Shown in pieces: positions 50,301 through 63,217 of a stretch of DNA of 64,000 nucleotides (positions within the stretch are counted from its first letter, which is position 1; the number at the start of each line of letters is the position of its first letter). The position numbers and the translations under genes were made by a program. The notes beneath the pieces are model-generated. The model made no database searches. It was given only the letters and a program-made list of their open reading frames with translations, and was not told where the DNA came from. This DNA comes from Macrostomum hystrix (taxonomy: Eukaryota > Animalia > Platyhelminthes): positions 2,294,001 through 2,358,000 of the forward strand of contig CATNEN010000041.1 of assembly GCA_950097015.1 (NCBI GenBank), given 5' to 3'.

Positions 50301-53300
50301 CCTGCCTCCATCCCCAGCTCGGGGCTTCCGAGGAAGATTCGCCTGTCTTTGACAGCTCAGCGGTGGCATATTTGGAGGCCGTGGCAGCAACCCCACGACT
50401 CGGGTAAAGTGAAGTTCGCTGTCCTCACTGCAGTGTATCATTTGCGGCCTGCCTGTCCGACTATCAGTAACTTCAAGCTGTGGCTGAACGATGTGGAAAA
50501 AATAGTCACATTAATCTGGCACCTTCGTAGCGCTTGTGCGGTGCCATCACCTTGGCTAGAAACATCATCTTCACTGAGCTGCTTTTGACAGGACTGGCTG
50601 CGTCTGACAGCGTGGGACTAATTTCAAGTTCACCGAGCACAGCTGTCGTACGTGCATAATTCTTCAGTTCCAAACACTCGACCCTTTTGGCAACTGGAGA
50701 GCGGCTCGCAGATAAACTCGAGTTGCTGCTCCTAAAAGGAAACAAACAGGCCATACGAAACGGTGTGCAATTGTTGTGCCATATTCGGCAGCAACTCCTT
50801 GTGTCCACTATTACGTAAGTTTGTGCGCACACCCTCTGACAAAATTAACAGAAGGCCGCACTGTATTTCAGTGACTCAACCTGGCGGCTTGTGAGTCTAT
50901 TAAAATGACTATAAAACTAATCGAATTATAAACCCAATGACCTCCGCTACACAGCCATTGCGCGGCGCTTACATAGTCTGCGTACACATGTTGAATCTAT
51001 GTACTGATGGAGGTAATAAAGGGTCTTACTCAAGGACACACACTGTTTCCCCTAGGTTGAAATTCGAACTCCCAACCACTCGGTAAATACCGATATTCAT
51101 ACTTCGAGCATACTATACAGGTAGAATCATAATTAGAGCCATTCGCACTCTGTCAGGTGAGCAACCTGAAGAAGATCGTGAAGGCAGTCCGCGACTTCTA
51201 CTCGGACTGTCTGGACATGCACATCAACGACTTTGAGACGCCGGACATTAACAGCATCGGCGAGAGCGCCTCCTCGGACGAGCTGGGCACTCTGCTACAG
51301 CTGGTGCTGGGCTGTGCCGTGTCTTGCAGCGACAAAGAAAAGTACATCCAGCTGATCATGGGCATGGAGGAGCAGTTCCAGCAGAGCATCATGTTGGCCA
51401 TCAAAGATGTGAGCTGTTTGTGCGGTACCAGTTTATAACAATGCTTAGTGTTCATCTAGGGGGGTTGAACAGGGCAGAGCGGTCTAACGCGTTTGCCTCT
51501 CGCGCCAAGGTCCCTGAGCTCGATTCCGCGGCGAGGCCAAATTAATTTAGGGCGCAGCCGTGGAGCGATGGCTTTGGGTTTTTTTCGTGCAATTTTTGCC
51601 CTTGACGCCCAACCCCCAAGGCAGCGTGTACGGTATCTATTTGAGTGTGTGCTCAGGAGTCAGCGAAATGGGCAGAATTGCCTCCTCACTGGCTGCAGGT
51701 CTAGTGTCACCAAATGATGTGCCATTTCCCGCAGCCCTCCTGCAATTGTTATTATTATTATTATTAAGTGCACTATCTAAAGTGTGCGTCAGTTGATTAA
51801 CCAATTCCCGTGTTCCAGCTTGTTAATTAGGCCATAACATTAGCTGCTAGTGCGCACCCTGTAAGTTCTCCTACATTCTGACCGCATGTGATATGCTTCT
51901 GAAATTATCAATAGTTTCTTCAATGAATTAAAATTTAAATGAATGATTTAGCGACTTTTGTAACCTGAAATAGCGAAATTAATCTGTGCACGTCATTTTA
52001 TTCTTTACAGGTGTATGTATGCACCTGTGCTATTAGCTTGGTCATTGGGTCAGTAATTATATTTTGTGTATTTAGGGAGCCGTAAATATTTCCGACGTGC
52101 CAGAGCACTAATGAGTGTGATCAGCTGGAGTGTTCTTATGAGTGTGCTCACTGCTCAGGTGGGAAGTTCTCATGAGTGTGCGCACGACCTAATTTCCGAC
52201 CTGTCTGGCACCCTGGGTGTCATGTGACAGGCTCGGACCAGACATCGTGCCAGACTACTGACTATGGCTGACCATCTGTGCGCGCGCCTGTGAGCTCGGC
52301 TTTGCCAATCATCAGTGCTGGCTGATAGCAATTAAGGGCGCGTCATGGTGGTTACATTTGTATGAGTCGATATATTTATTTTGTTTAGTAAAGGTGATGA
52401 CTTTTGTTTGTTCCATACCAACTGCACGACCGAATTTCCAACCTGTCTGGCACCCTGGGTGTCACGTGACAGGCTCGGACCAGACACCGTGCCAGACGAG
52501 CATTCCCGCCCAGCTCACGCTCCTATCTGAATGGATCGGTTCGGGGCTGAAACTGAGCAACTGATTGCTCTTTAAGGGCGGGTACATTGTCAGTAGTGTG
52601 GCTATTAGTAATTCAATATGCAATTAATTTCTATCTATTAGATTAGTGTAGCAGAGTATCTCGCATGGTATATTATATTCATTACTGAATACACATTGCA
52701 CTATCATTTATTGACCTGCCAGTGCTCACATGCGTGCTCAAATCGCTTTGCAGCTAATGGACCGACCGAGGGCTGAGAGCGACGTGGATGAAAAGGTAAG
52801 CGAGTGCGGCTAGCCGCTTTGCCATACACTCAGTCAATGCATGCTGGCCTATTGTTCTCACCTGTTAAGCAGAGCTGCACACAGCCGCTCAGACACCCCT
52901 ACTGTGCTTTCTAGGTGTAGGGGTCACCCTTAGACTAGTCTCAGGATTTGAGAGAGCGGTCTTGCTGAGCAATGTGCTAGAACAATATCGGCCCGCAAGC
53001 ATGTGTTCTCATCACAGTCCCTGCTATTTAGAGGCATTTCTCATAAAACCAAGCAGTTACTCATCTAATTACTGTGCTTTTAGCATGTTTTTAGCCTCAA
53101 CAGCTGCACGAAAGAATATCCGGCTTGTCTGACACGTGACAGGCTCGGACCAGACACCGTGCCAGATTAGATTACCAGTCCAGCTTACAGCTCAGCCTAT
53201 GATCTGACTGATCGGGGTTTAAACTGAGCAAATTAATGCTCAACAGAGATTGGGTACATTGTCTTAAAACTGATTGATTTTATGCATAAGTGAATGGTAA

Positions 53301-56300
53301 AATTTGTTCACATTTAAATCCTAAATAAATCCCATTGTATCTTAAATTTGGCTACATTAGATTTATTTCCAAGAAACATTAGATTCCGATCGAGCGCACA
53401 TTAGATTCCAATCGAGCACACATTAGATTCCATTTGAGCACACATAAGATTCCAATCGAGCACACATTAGATTCCATTTGAGCACACATAGGATTCCAAT
53501 CGAGCACACATTAGATTCCAATCGAGCACACATTAGATTCCATTTGAGCACACATAGGATTCCAATCGAGCACACATTAGATTCCATTTGAGCACACATA
53601 GGATTCCAATCGAGCACACATTAGATTCCAATCGAGCACACATTAGATTCCAATCGAGCACACATTAGATTCCAATCGAGCACACATTCGATTCCAATCG
53701 AGCACACATAAGATTCCATTTGAGCACGCATTACATTCCATTCCAACCAGATCTTCAAAAGTACGTGAATCTGTTTTAGCAGAATTGCTGTTGCCTCCTA
53801 ATGGGAAATGATCCCAGCCCCCTGAATTTCCCCATCACTCAGCTAAAGAAGGCCCTGGAGGACTGCTACAGCGCAGTGCAAGCCAAAGAGGAGATGTCGC
53901 AGCGATGTCACGAGCTGGACTATCAAGTGTCCGCGCTGCAGGAGGAGCGGGTCACCATGCAGGCCGAGGCGGAGCGCTTGGCTCGCCGCGTGGAGGCGCT
54001 GGAGTCGGCACAGAAGGCGGAGAGCGGCGCGGCCTACCGGACGCGGGCCCTGGAGGAGCAGGTGGAGCTTATGCAGGAGGAGCTCTGCCGCCTGGAGGCC
54101 CAGCGCCAGGAGGCCAAGGCGCGCGCCGACCAGCTGGAGCGGGAGAAGGACGACCTGCTGAGGCAGAGCGGCAATTTGTCGGCGCTGCGCGACGAGCTGG
54201 ACGTGCTGAGGGAGCGGCAGGCCACTCTGGCCAAGACCGAGGCGGCTCTGGAGCAGATGCGGCGCAAGGTAGGTGACTCACGCATCGGGGTGGGCGGGGG
54301 CATTAGCACTGCATTATTTATGCATCGCTGACGCGTCCCCTCCACGCCCTTGAGAGTTGGATGAAAGGTCGGGGAGCTATGCTATTGTGTCTTATTGCTC
54401 GTTTATATTGTTGCGTACAATCTGCAAAACAATGAGTAAACCTTGAAGTTCCAAGATTCGCACTCACCTACTTGTAAGTAGAAATGCTAGAAAATAATAT
54501 CCTGAATAGGATTATTTAGCCAGCGATCTTTTTACTTTTTCGCAGGCCGAGGACGCTAGCGAGCTGCGCAGCCAGCTGAAGCTGCTACAACAGCAGGGAG
54601 AGGAGAGCCTTCGCCGTCGCCTAGAGCTGGAGGAGGAGAACGAGAAGCTGGTGGACTCGCGCCGGTTGGCCGAGTCTCTGCGCGAACAGCTGGCGGCCTG
54701 CCAGGCGGAGCTAAGCGAGGAGCGCAAGCGGGCGGAGCGGGCCGCCCTTGACCTGGCGCACCACGTCAGCCGGGCAGAGACCCTGGAGCCGGAGCTGGAG
54801 AAGCTGCGCATCGAGCGGGACAATCTGCGCGAGGCCAACGAGGATCTGGAGATGCAGGTAAGTTCGGATCCCCCAGATCCTCAATTCTGTTTGCGCCCTC
54901 AGACCCCATATTAGGTGCCCGCCCTCACAGATCCCTGATTCAGTGCCCGCCCTCACAGATCCCTGATTCAGTGCCCACTCTCACAGATCCCTGATTCAGT
55001 GCCCACTCTCACAGATCCCTGATTCAGTGCCCACTCTCACAGATCCCTGATTCAGTGCCCGCCCTCACAGATCCCTGATTCAGTGCCCACTCTCACAGAT
55101 CCCTGATTCAGTGCCCGCCCTCACAGATCCCTGATTCAGTGCCCGCCCTCACAGATCCCTGATTCAGTGCCCACTCTCACAGATCCCTGATTCAGTGCCC
55201 GCCCTCACAGATCCCTGATTCAGTGCCCGCCCTCACAGATCCCTGATTCAGTGCCCGCCCTCACAGATCCCTGATTCAGTGCCCGCCCTCACAGATCCCT
55301 GATTCAGTGCCCGCCCTCACAGATCCCTGATTCAGTGCCCGCCCTCACAGATCCCTGATTCAGTGCCCGCCCTCACAGATCCCTGATTCAGTGCCCACTC
55401 TCACAGATCCCTGATTCAGTGCCCACTCTCACAGATCCCTGATTCAGTGCCCGCCCTCACAGATCCCTGATTCAGTGCCCGCCCTCACAGATCCCTGATT
55501 CAGTGCCCGCCCTCACAGATCCCTGATTCAGTGCCCGCCCTCACAGATCCCTGATTCAGTGCCAACCCACACAGATCCCCAATTAGGTGCCAACCCACAC
55601 AGATCCCCAATTAGGTGCCAACCCTCACAGATCAACAATTAGGTGCCAACCCACACAGATCCCCAATTAGGTGCCAACCCTCACAGATCAACAATTAGGT
55701 GCCAACCCACACAGATCCCCAATTAGGTGCCAACCCACACAGATCCCCAATTAGGTGCCAACCCACACAGATCAACAATTTGGTGCCAACCCACACAGAT
55801 CCCCAATTAGGTGCCAACCCACACAGATCCCCAATTAGGTGCCAACCCACACAGATCAACAATTTGGTGCCAACCCACACAAATCCCCAATTAGGTGCCA
55901 ACCCACACAGATCCCCAATTAGGTGCCAACCCACACAGATCCCCAATTAGGTGCCAACCCACACAGATCCCCAATTAGGTGCCAACCCTCACAGATCCCC
56001 AATTAGGGGCCAACCCTAACTGATCCCCATCCTAACAGGCAGCCAATTAGTTGCACGCCCCTTGACCCACAGGTGAAGCTGCAGGCAGATCCCAGCGGCA
56101 AGTCTCTAGCTCTGGAGGATGACGAGCCGGAATTCCTTGGCCTGCCGCTGCGGGTTAAGGAGAAACTTCTGCGCCTGGAGCGGGACAACCGGCGCCTCAA
56201 GGAGAGCCTGGCCAGCCAGGAGAGCGGCGAGTCCAGCGGCAACGCCGTGCAGGACCTGCGGAGACAGGTGCGGGTTAGGGGCAATGATTACTGCTCAGTA

Positions 56301-57012
56301 GCTGGATTCTTGCACTTTTTTTAGTGAACTCATGGGTTGAAGCTCTTTAGTCACCTGAGTGAGTATTTTTATTATATTTTTCCTGTAAAGACAGAACATA
56401 TATTACACCAGCACCTGGCTGATCCGCCCACAGGTGTCAGACCACCTGACCGCCCGCGGCCAGCTGGAGGTGGAGCTGCAGCGCCAGCGGCAGCGCATGC
56501 TGGAACTTGAGGAGCGGGCCAAGTCAGGCGCGGCCCGGGTGAAGGAGCTGTCCGACCAGCTGGCCAGGCGCGAGGAGGAGGCGCGGGCGGCCGAGGAGCG
56601 CTACAAGCGCTACCTGGAGCGGGCCAAGTCTGTCATTCGGGCTCTGGACACTCGGGCCAGCCACGGCCTGAACGAGACGGAGGAGCTAGGCGCTCTGAAG
56701 CAGCAGCTGGTGGAGAAGGACCGCGTCATCGAGCAGCTGGAGCGGGCCCAGGAGAAGTCGCAGCGGTGCCGCGAGGTGGAGGACCGCCTGATGGTTTCGG
56801 CCTGGTACAGTCTGGGCATGCAGCTAAACCAAGGCGTTGCTGGTGAGTACGACCTGCCAGCTGCTGCTGCTGTTGCTGGCGGCGGGCCCGGCCAGACCTT
56901 CTTGCAGCGACAGCGCATGGCGCACCTTCAACGCCCGGGGCCGCAGGGCGCCGCCGGGCCTAGCGGAGCGGCCGCAGCAGCCGCCGGAGCAGCCGGTGCT
57001 GATCGGGGGTAG
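47326..57012 (+). CDS. HOOK: Protein Hook homolog (dynein/microtubule adaptor), 667 aa
   Basis: Exons 47326-47364 ([13 protein letters not shown]), 49065-49150, 49329-49401 ([16 protein letters not shown]), 51157-51408 (VSNLKKIVK...[12 protein letters not shown]), 52754-52795, 53843-54268, 54546-54857, 56073-56267, 56434-57012 ([13 protein letters not shown]...TFLQRQR). All GT-AG; 2004 nt in frame. Confidence 0.93.
47750..48875 (+). mobile_element. Internally deleted hAT (Buster/Charlie-like) DNA transposon in Hook intron 1
   Basis: BED-type finger LELGFT...[30 protein letters not shown] at 48251-48470, then [10 protein letters not shown] and HTKVRWLS with stops and frameshifts. Right TIR-like AAAAGGTTGAGAACCGCTG ends at about 48875, followed by TCTTAGTG (NNNTANNN). 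Subterminal GGGGTCGC motifs at both ends; left TIR decayed. Confidence 0.82.
49841..50186 (-). CDS. NPF: Neuropeptide Y/F (NPF) precursor, 85 aa
   Basis: Exons 50186-49993 and 49904-49841. Signal peptide [18 protein letters not shown]-fold-like core [20 protein letters not shown], amidation/cleavage site GKR. The phase-2 intron lies in the last Arg codon of RPR, the conserved NPY/NPF position. Confidence 0.92.
50990..51090 (-). mobile_element. tRNA-derived SINE-like fragment
   Basis: Minus strand has a B-box-like GGAGTTCGAATT followed by TGTGTGTCCTTGAGTAAGACCC, similar to the element at 60481. Confidence 0.45.
52185..53166 (+). repeat. Three dispersed direct copies of a roughly 70-bp element in Hook introns 4 and 5
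   Basis: Core GTGACAGGCTCGGACCAGACACCGTGCCAGA at about 52185-52255, 52428-52497 and 53126-53166. Confidence 0.85.
53385..53735. repeat. 22-bp array (CACACATTAGATTCCAATCGAG), about 16 copies
   Basis: Direct reading. Confidence 0.93.
54915..56005. repeat. Two abutting, related 28-bp arrays in Hook intron 7
   Basis: GTGCCCGCCCTCACAGATCCCTGATTCA switches at about 55560 to GTGCCAACCCACACAGATCCCCAATTAG. Confidence 0.95.
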
Positions 57013-57744
57013 CCAGAGCTGTCAGCCGCGGATGCACTTCTATTGCTTTGTGTGTTCAGTTAAGCCGGAGACTTCAACTGTGCTGTGCTGGTTTCAGGAC
57101 TGATTTGCATCAGATGGCTGGGTTAGGCGATAAGCGAGCTTGCCCAGCAGAAGGCCGAACGTTTATTTACAGTGTTAAACTGATTGCATGAGCAGTTGTG
57201 TGAATGCAATTCAAACATTTTTCTTCAGTGATTGCCTGAGTACACTACTTTGCTTGTTATTCTTGTTATTTCTTTTTCTGTTTTCTTGTTTGTTATTTTC
57301 ACCATAGTATCTTGCGAAAAAGCTCCACAATGTCTAGCGGATTCATTCTATGTTAGCCACTGGCACAGAGATAAGTACGCGTGCACTTTTGTTAATTAAG
57401 TGCAATGCAGAGACCCGGATACGCATTGTTAGTTTAGGGAGAGTTGAGCTACTAGCTGAGCAACCACCTGCTGAGCTTTCACAGAGCACCGCGCATCAGG
57501 ACATAGCTTTGATTCTAATTATCTGCGAGTACAAACATGACACACTAGTTTGATTTACCTGTTCATTGTTTCCTGTAATCAGATTGTTCATTTTTCAGTC
57601 TCATTTTAACCAGTTATCTATTTTTTACTGTTTGTTATGGCGCTACTCATTTGTACATAGCTGGCCACCCTGCCTCACTCACAGCTTCTCACTGCTGTTC
57701 CAACCCTGCACTCGGCTGTCTGGACCTTCGACATGTCCCGCCTG

Positions 57745-58200
57745 CCTGCCACACCTGTATGAGTGCCTGCCACACCTGTATGAGTGCCTGCCACACCTGT
57801 ATGAGTGCCTGCCACACCTGTATGAGTGCCTGCCACACCTGTATGAGTGCCTGCCACACCTGTATGAGTGCCTGCCACACCTGTATGAGTGCCTGCCACA
57901 CCTGTATGAGTGCCTGCCACACCTGTATGAGTGCCTGCCACACCTGTATGAGTGCCTGCCACACCTGTATGAGTGCCTGCCTTACCTGTATCAGTGCCTG
58001 CCACACCTGTATGAGTGCCTGCCACACCTGTATGAGTGCCTGCCTTACCTGCATGAGTGCCTGCCACACCTGTATGAGTGCCTGCCACACCTGTATGAGT
58101 GCCTGCCTTACCTGTATGAGTGCCTGCCAAACCTGTATGAGTGCCTGCCTTACCTGTATGAGTGCCTGCCACACCTGTATGAGTGCCTGCCACACCTGTA
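57745..58200. repeat. 21-bp array (CCACACCTGTATGAGTGCCTG) between Hook and P5CS
   Basis: Direct reading. Confidence 0.95.
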
Positions 58201-58811
58201 TGCGTGTCTGCGCAGCTGAAGCAGAGCAGGTTGTCCCGCTCCCAAATCTAGTTGCCAATCCCCATTTATTCCAGTCCTGCTGTTCACCTGTTTATATATT
58301 TTGTTACTCGGCCGATTCAGAACGTTATTAACGCCAAAGGTCGTACAGCAGAGCCGCACCTGGCAACGAAATGCTCTGAGCTCACTGTGCTCACCGTCGG
58401 TTACTGTCGCACCCCGCCTGCCTCGCTGTTGTTCTGTCTCCATCGAGCTCAACGAACAATCACGGACTCGTGCGCGCACTTTTATCTCGGAAGCTAAAGT
58501 TCTTTATGTTCCTTTGTAATAATGAATGCATTGTGTTATTAAAAGATCCTTTTTACCTGCTTATGGACAGATTTAAAATCTGTATGAGATTACTTTGCTT
58601 TATTATTTGCAGAGCTAATATAGAATTTCCCAGATCCCTAGTTTGAGCATAGATTCTCACATTCCTGGTTTGAGCATAGATTCTCAGACATAGATTCTCA
58701 GATTCCTGGCTTGAGCATAGATTCTCAGATTCCTGGCTTGAGCATTATTGAAGCGCAATTGCCAGGTGCCCAACTTACCCGCCCACAGCTCGCTCGCTCG
58801 TCAGCTCGGAA

Positions 58812-61800
58812 ATGCTGCTGACCCGCCTCCGGCTTCCCAATGTGTCGCACCAGGCCGCCTGCCTGGCCTCCGCTCAGCGCTGCCGCCTGCGCCACTCCCA
58901 GCCTGGCCGGCCCTCCGCTGCGCCTTTCTCTGCCGCCGCCTCGGCAGCCACCTCCGGGTCAAAGACTCGGCAGGACTTGAAGTACGCAGAGCATGTCGTA
59001 GTGAAGCTGGGGAGCGCCGTTATCACCCGGGCTGACGAGTGCGGACTGGCGCTGGGCCGCCTGGCCTCCATCGTGGAGCAGATCTCCGACCTCTGTCTGC
59101 AGGTGAGCCTGACATACTTGATCCGTCTGCAATATTTCATCCTGTCAGATCCACCTGTATATTCCTTTCAGATCCCTGTATTATCCTGTCAGATCCACCT
59201 GAATCATCCTGTCAGATCCACCTGTATCATCCTGTCAGATCCACCTGAATCATCCTGTCAGATCCACCTGTATAATCCTGTCAGATCCACCTGTATCATT
59301 CTGCCAGATCCGCCTGTATCATCCTGTCAGATTCCAGCATCATCCTGTCAGATTCCAGTATCATCCTGTCAGATTCCAGCATCATCGACAGGATCCTGTC
59401 ACATCCACCCGCACCATCCTGTCAGTTCGCCCTCTCTTCCATCCGCAGGGCCGCCACTGCGTCCTGGTGACCAGCGGCGCCGTGGCTTTCGGCAAGCAGA
59501 AGCTGCGCCAGCAGCAGATGATGAGCATGAGCATCGGGGACACGCTCTCAGCTGAAACCAAGCCCCGCCGCAAAGCCTGGTTGCGCCAGATCGACCCCAG
59601 GGCCTGCGCCGCTACCGGCATGTCCGGCCTCATGGCCCTGTACGAGGCTCTGTTCATGCAGTACGGCATCCAGACCGCCGAGATCCTGCTCACCAAGCCT
59701 GACTTTGAGGATTCGAACTCGCGAGCCAACCTGCGCAGCACCCTGGCTGAGCTGCTGCGGCTCAACATCGTGCCCATCGTCAACACCAACGATGCCGTGG
59801 CGCCGCCGCCTACACAGGACTCGGACCTGCAGGGAGTGCTCAGCATTCAGGACAATGACTCCCTAGCTGCCAGGCTGGCTGTTGAGGTCAACGCGGATCT
59901 GCTCATAATCATGTCCGATGTGAAGGTGGGCTGCCGGCTTGTTTGCGGTTGCTGCTTGATTTCCCTGTGGGATTCAAACTCGGGACCTTTATTAGAGTTG
60001 TTCTGCTTACCTGTGATGAGCTGCAACGATAACCTACTCCACAGGGATTGTACACGTCACCGCCGGACCGCGAGGACTCGCGCCTGCTGCACACCTTCAA
60101 CCCGGACTTTGACAGCGGCATGCTGCAGTTCGGCGTCAAGTCCCGCGTCGGTACCGGCGGCATGGAGTCCAAGGTGAAGGCGGCGCAGTGGGCCGTACGC
60201 CAGGGCACCTCCGTGGTCATCTGCGAGGGCACGGCGCCCAACGTCATTCCCAGCGTCCTGGAGGGCAAGAAAGTCGGCACCTTCTTCACGCTGGCTCCGC
60301 CGGAGGGCGTGGGCGTGGAGCAGCAGGCCTGGGAGGCCCGCACGGCCAGCCAGCAGCTGCAGGCCCTGCCAGCTGAGGCTAGGGCCAGCATCATCAGGAA
60401 GCTGGCGGACTTGCTGGTGAGCAGACAGCATTGTACAGTTTGTTCTGTTACAGTTTCTGTTCTGTTACAGCCTTGTGAGGAGATTGTAGCATTGAGGTTA
60501 GAGCCTCGGACTCACGACTTGAAGGTAGGGGGTTCGATTCCCGACTCCAATTTGTCCTTTAGCAAAAATTTAACTCTAGATTGCTTCAGTTCACCCAGCT
60601 GTTTAATAAGTACCAGCATTAGCTAGGATAATTGAAGGTGGGTGTGGCGTCCCCACAGTCCAGGGACAGCTGCGGGTGTGCTGTCGGCTGCACATCTGGC
60701 CCGATTGGGCAGGTGTAATAAATAATAATTATTATAGTAATTCTGTTACGCGCTCCGGTTAAAGCATTCAGCGAAGGGCTATCAGATCAAATAAGGCTTC
60801 TCAATCCCGTAAGTGCGAAATCTTGCCAGTTGCAGTTTAGTGGCCATGGATAAATTCATCTACCCCTAAATAGGAAGCCTAAATGCTCTCAATTTCTAGC
60901 CATAGCCTCTCTGATCCCATGATCCCAAGCCCCTTGATCCCATGATCCCAAGCCCCTTGATCCCATGATCCCAAGCCCCTTGATCCCATGATCCCAAGCC
61001 CCTTGATCCCATGCTGCTCGCTTCTGCCTGCCTTTGCCCAGGTGGAGCGCCAGCCGGACATCCTTCTGGCCAACAGCCTGGACCTGGGCAACGCAGCCGG
61101 CCTGAGCTCGCACCTGCTGGCCAGGCTGAAGCTGACGCCCGAGAAGCTGGCGGTGCTGGCCGACGGACTGCGTCAGATTGCCGACTCATGCGGCGGCCTG
61201 CTCGGCCGGGTGCTCAGGCGAACCCGACTGTCCGAGGGTCTGCAGCTGGAGCAGGTCACCGTGCCCATCGGCGTGCTGCTTGTCATCTTCGAGTCTCGGC
61301 CCGACTGCTTGCCGCAGGTGAGTGCGGGATAGTGCTGTGTGGCCAGGAGTTCGAATCCTTCAGTGGTTCACTTGCTGTATAACAGTACCAGTTATGGAGC
61401 CCTCGTCACATTTGCTAAGCGATGGCTATTTAATTATTTGTGGCCACTGCGGCTGCAAATATTTATTCCGACGTGCCTATAGATTCTGCTAATTATGAGT
61501 TTAGTAGTGTGTTTGTGTTTCTTGAGATTAGTTTATTTTTCAACAGAATTTAGCCTATTTTGCCTATGCATGACTGAAGCTAGATTAGTGAGTCCACTTC
61601 ACTCGCCCCACCCACCAAGGTGGCCGCCCTGAGCATCGCCAGTGGCAACGGCCTGCTGCTGAAGGGCGGCAGCGAGGCCCAGCAGACCAACGCCGCCCTG
61701 CACCGTCTGGTGGAGGAGGCGGTTCGCGCCCAGGGCCTGAGTCCCCGCCTGGTGGGGCTGGTGGGCCGCCGTGAGCAGGTGTCCGACCTGCTGGCCATGG

Positions 61801-63217
61801 GTGAGCACGTGGATCTGGTCATTCCGCGTGGCTCCGCCCAAATGATTCGCGACATTCAACGCCAGAGCGTCGGTATCCCTGTGCTGGGTCACAGCGACGG
61901 CGTCTGCCACGTCTACGTTGACGAGTTGGCGGACAAGGAGAAGGCGCTGCGCATCGGTGAGTCGGGTATTGCTCAAAAGCTGCTCAGACTCCACGTCAAG
62001 TCGTGAGCTGCATTTTGTGCACTAGCTACAGTGCATGAGTCGGTAAAATTTTTGTGAAGATAACGCCTAGCTATGAGTGTTCTCACTGGGTGTGGCAGTG
62101 TACCGTCATCAGTATCATTATCAAATTCCTAAGGGTTTTCTCGTGAGACAACTGTACACTTCTTTCTAAAATAGTTATAGAAACTTCTGTGCATACTTTC
62201 CTAATAGTCTGACTAAGTCTTTTGGGGCGTTCTATATATGTCCTTATGTGGTACGCACATAATTATATATGCATACGTATTGTAGTCGTGTATGACATAA
62301 TTTACCAAAACTTTTTTCTCTTTTTATTACTATGGAGTGACTAAGTGTATTTGCGTTGGTCTTTGTACCTGGAAATGCGCAGAGGCTTCTCCGCGTTGGA
62401 ATTCCAAATGCTTATAATAGATATGACAAAATGCTCTCGGGCTGCACTTAGACAGGAAATTCTGTTTTCCGGCCTTTGTCAGCTGTCACAGCATTAGCTG
62501 ATCCCGCATTCCGCAGTGCTTGACTCCAAGTGCGACTACCCGGCCGCCTGCAACGCCATGGAGACGGTGCTGCTGCACGAGAGTCACTTGAAGAGCGGCT
62601 TCTTCGACGAGCTGTTCGATGCGCTCAGATCGCGCGATGTGAGCTGCCTCCCACTGCAATTGTTGCAATACGGATGGATGCACGGACCAGTTCTTGGTTG
62701 AATTGTTTAGTTAGTGCGGCACATCCGGCATGTGACCCGTGTCTGTCAGTGCTTTTTTTTAGAACAGGGACATCATGGATAGGCTGTGTTTATCACCCAT
62801 GAATCATGCTGACGGGTGCTACCCCGCTGCCCTGACTTCACCGCAGGTCAAGGTCAACACGGGGCCCCGCCTGGCCAAGAAGATCCGCTTCGGGCCTTCG
62901 CCAGCCGCCTCGCTGCGCACCGAGTACAGCAGCCTGGAGTGCTGCATAGAGGTTGTCTCCAGCGTGGCTGAGGCTGTTGATCACATCAACACCTATGGCA
63001 GCCACCACACTGACTCCATTGTGTCCGAGAATGGTGAGGCCGCTTTTTAGTGGCCATTGTCCCCGCTTCTTCAGGACATCTGTTCCTTCATATTCCCATA
63101 TTTTGTGCTCCGCATCCGCAGAGGCCAACGTGAGCAGTTTCCTGAGCAATGTGGACAGCGCCTGCGTGTTCCACAACTGCAGCACCCGCTTTTCCGATGG
63201 CTACCGGTTTGGTCTGG
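58812..63217 (+). CDS. ALDH18A1: Delta-1-pyrroline-5-carboxylate synthase (bifunctional glutamate 5-kinase / glutamyl-phosphate reductase); 3' end outside the window
   Basis: Exons 58812-59102, 59449-59925, 60045-60416, 61042-61317, 61620-61956, 62517-62638, 62847-63033, 63122-63217, all phase-compatible. Motifs [80 protein letters not shown]. The basic, Ala-rich N-terminus resembles a mitochondrial presequence. Confidence 0.96.
59140..59400. repeat. Degenerate ~23-bp array in P5CS intron 1
   Basis: Unit ATCCTGTCAGATCCACCTGTATC. Confidence 0.85.
60481..60735 (+). mobile_element. tRNA-derived SINE-like element in P5CS intron 3
   Basis: A-box-like TAGCATTGAGGTTAG, B-box GGTTCGATTCC, central TTTGTCCTTTAGCAA...CACCCAGCTG...GTACC segment and (AAT)n tail. 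Confidence 0.6.
60912..61012. repeat. 23-bp array, 4 copies, just before a P5CS acceptor
   Basis: Unit GATCCCATGATCCCAAGCCCCTT. Confidence 0.9.

Noticed and set aside
60481-60550. Intact tRNA gene
   Set aside because: A and B boxes are present but the acceptor and anticodon stems do not pair, and it continues into a SINE-like body and AAT tail.
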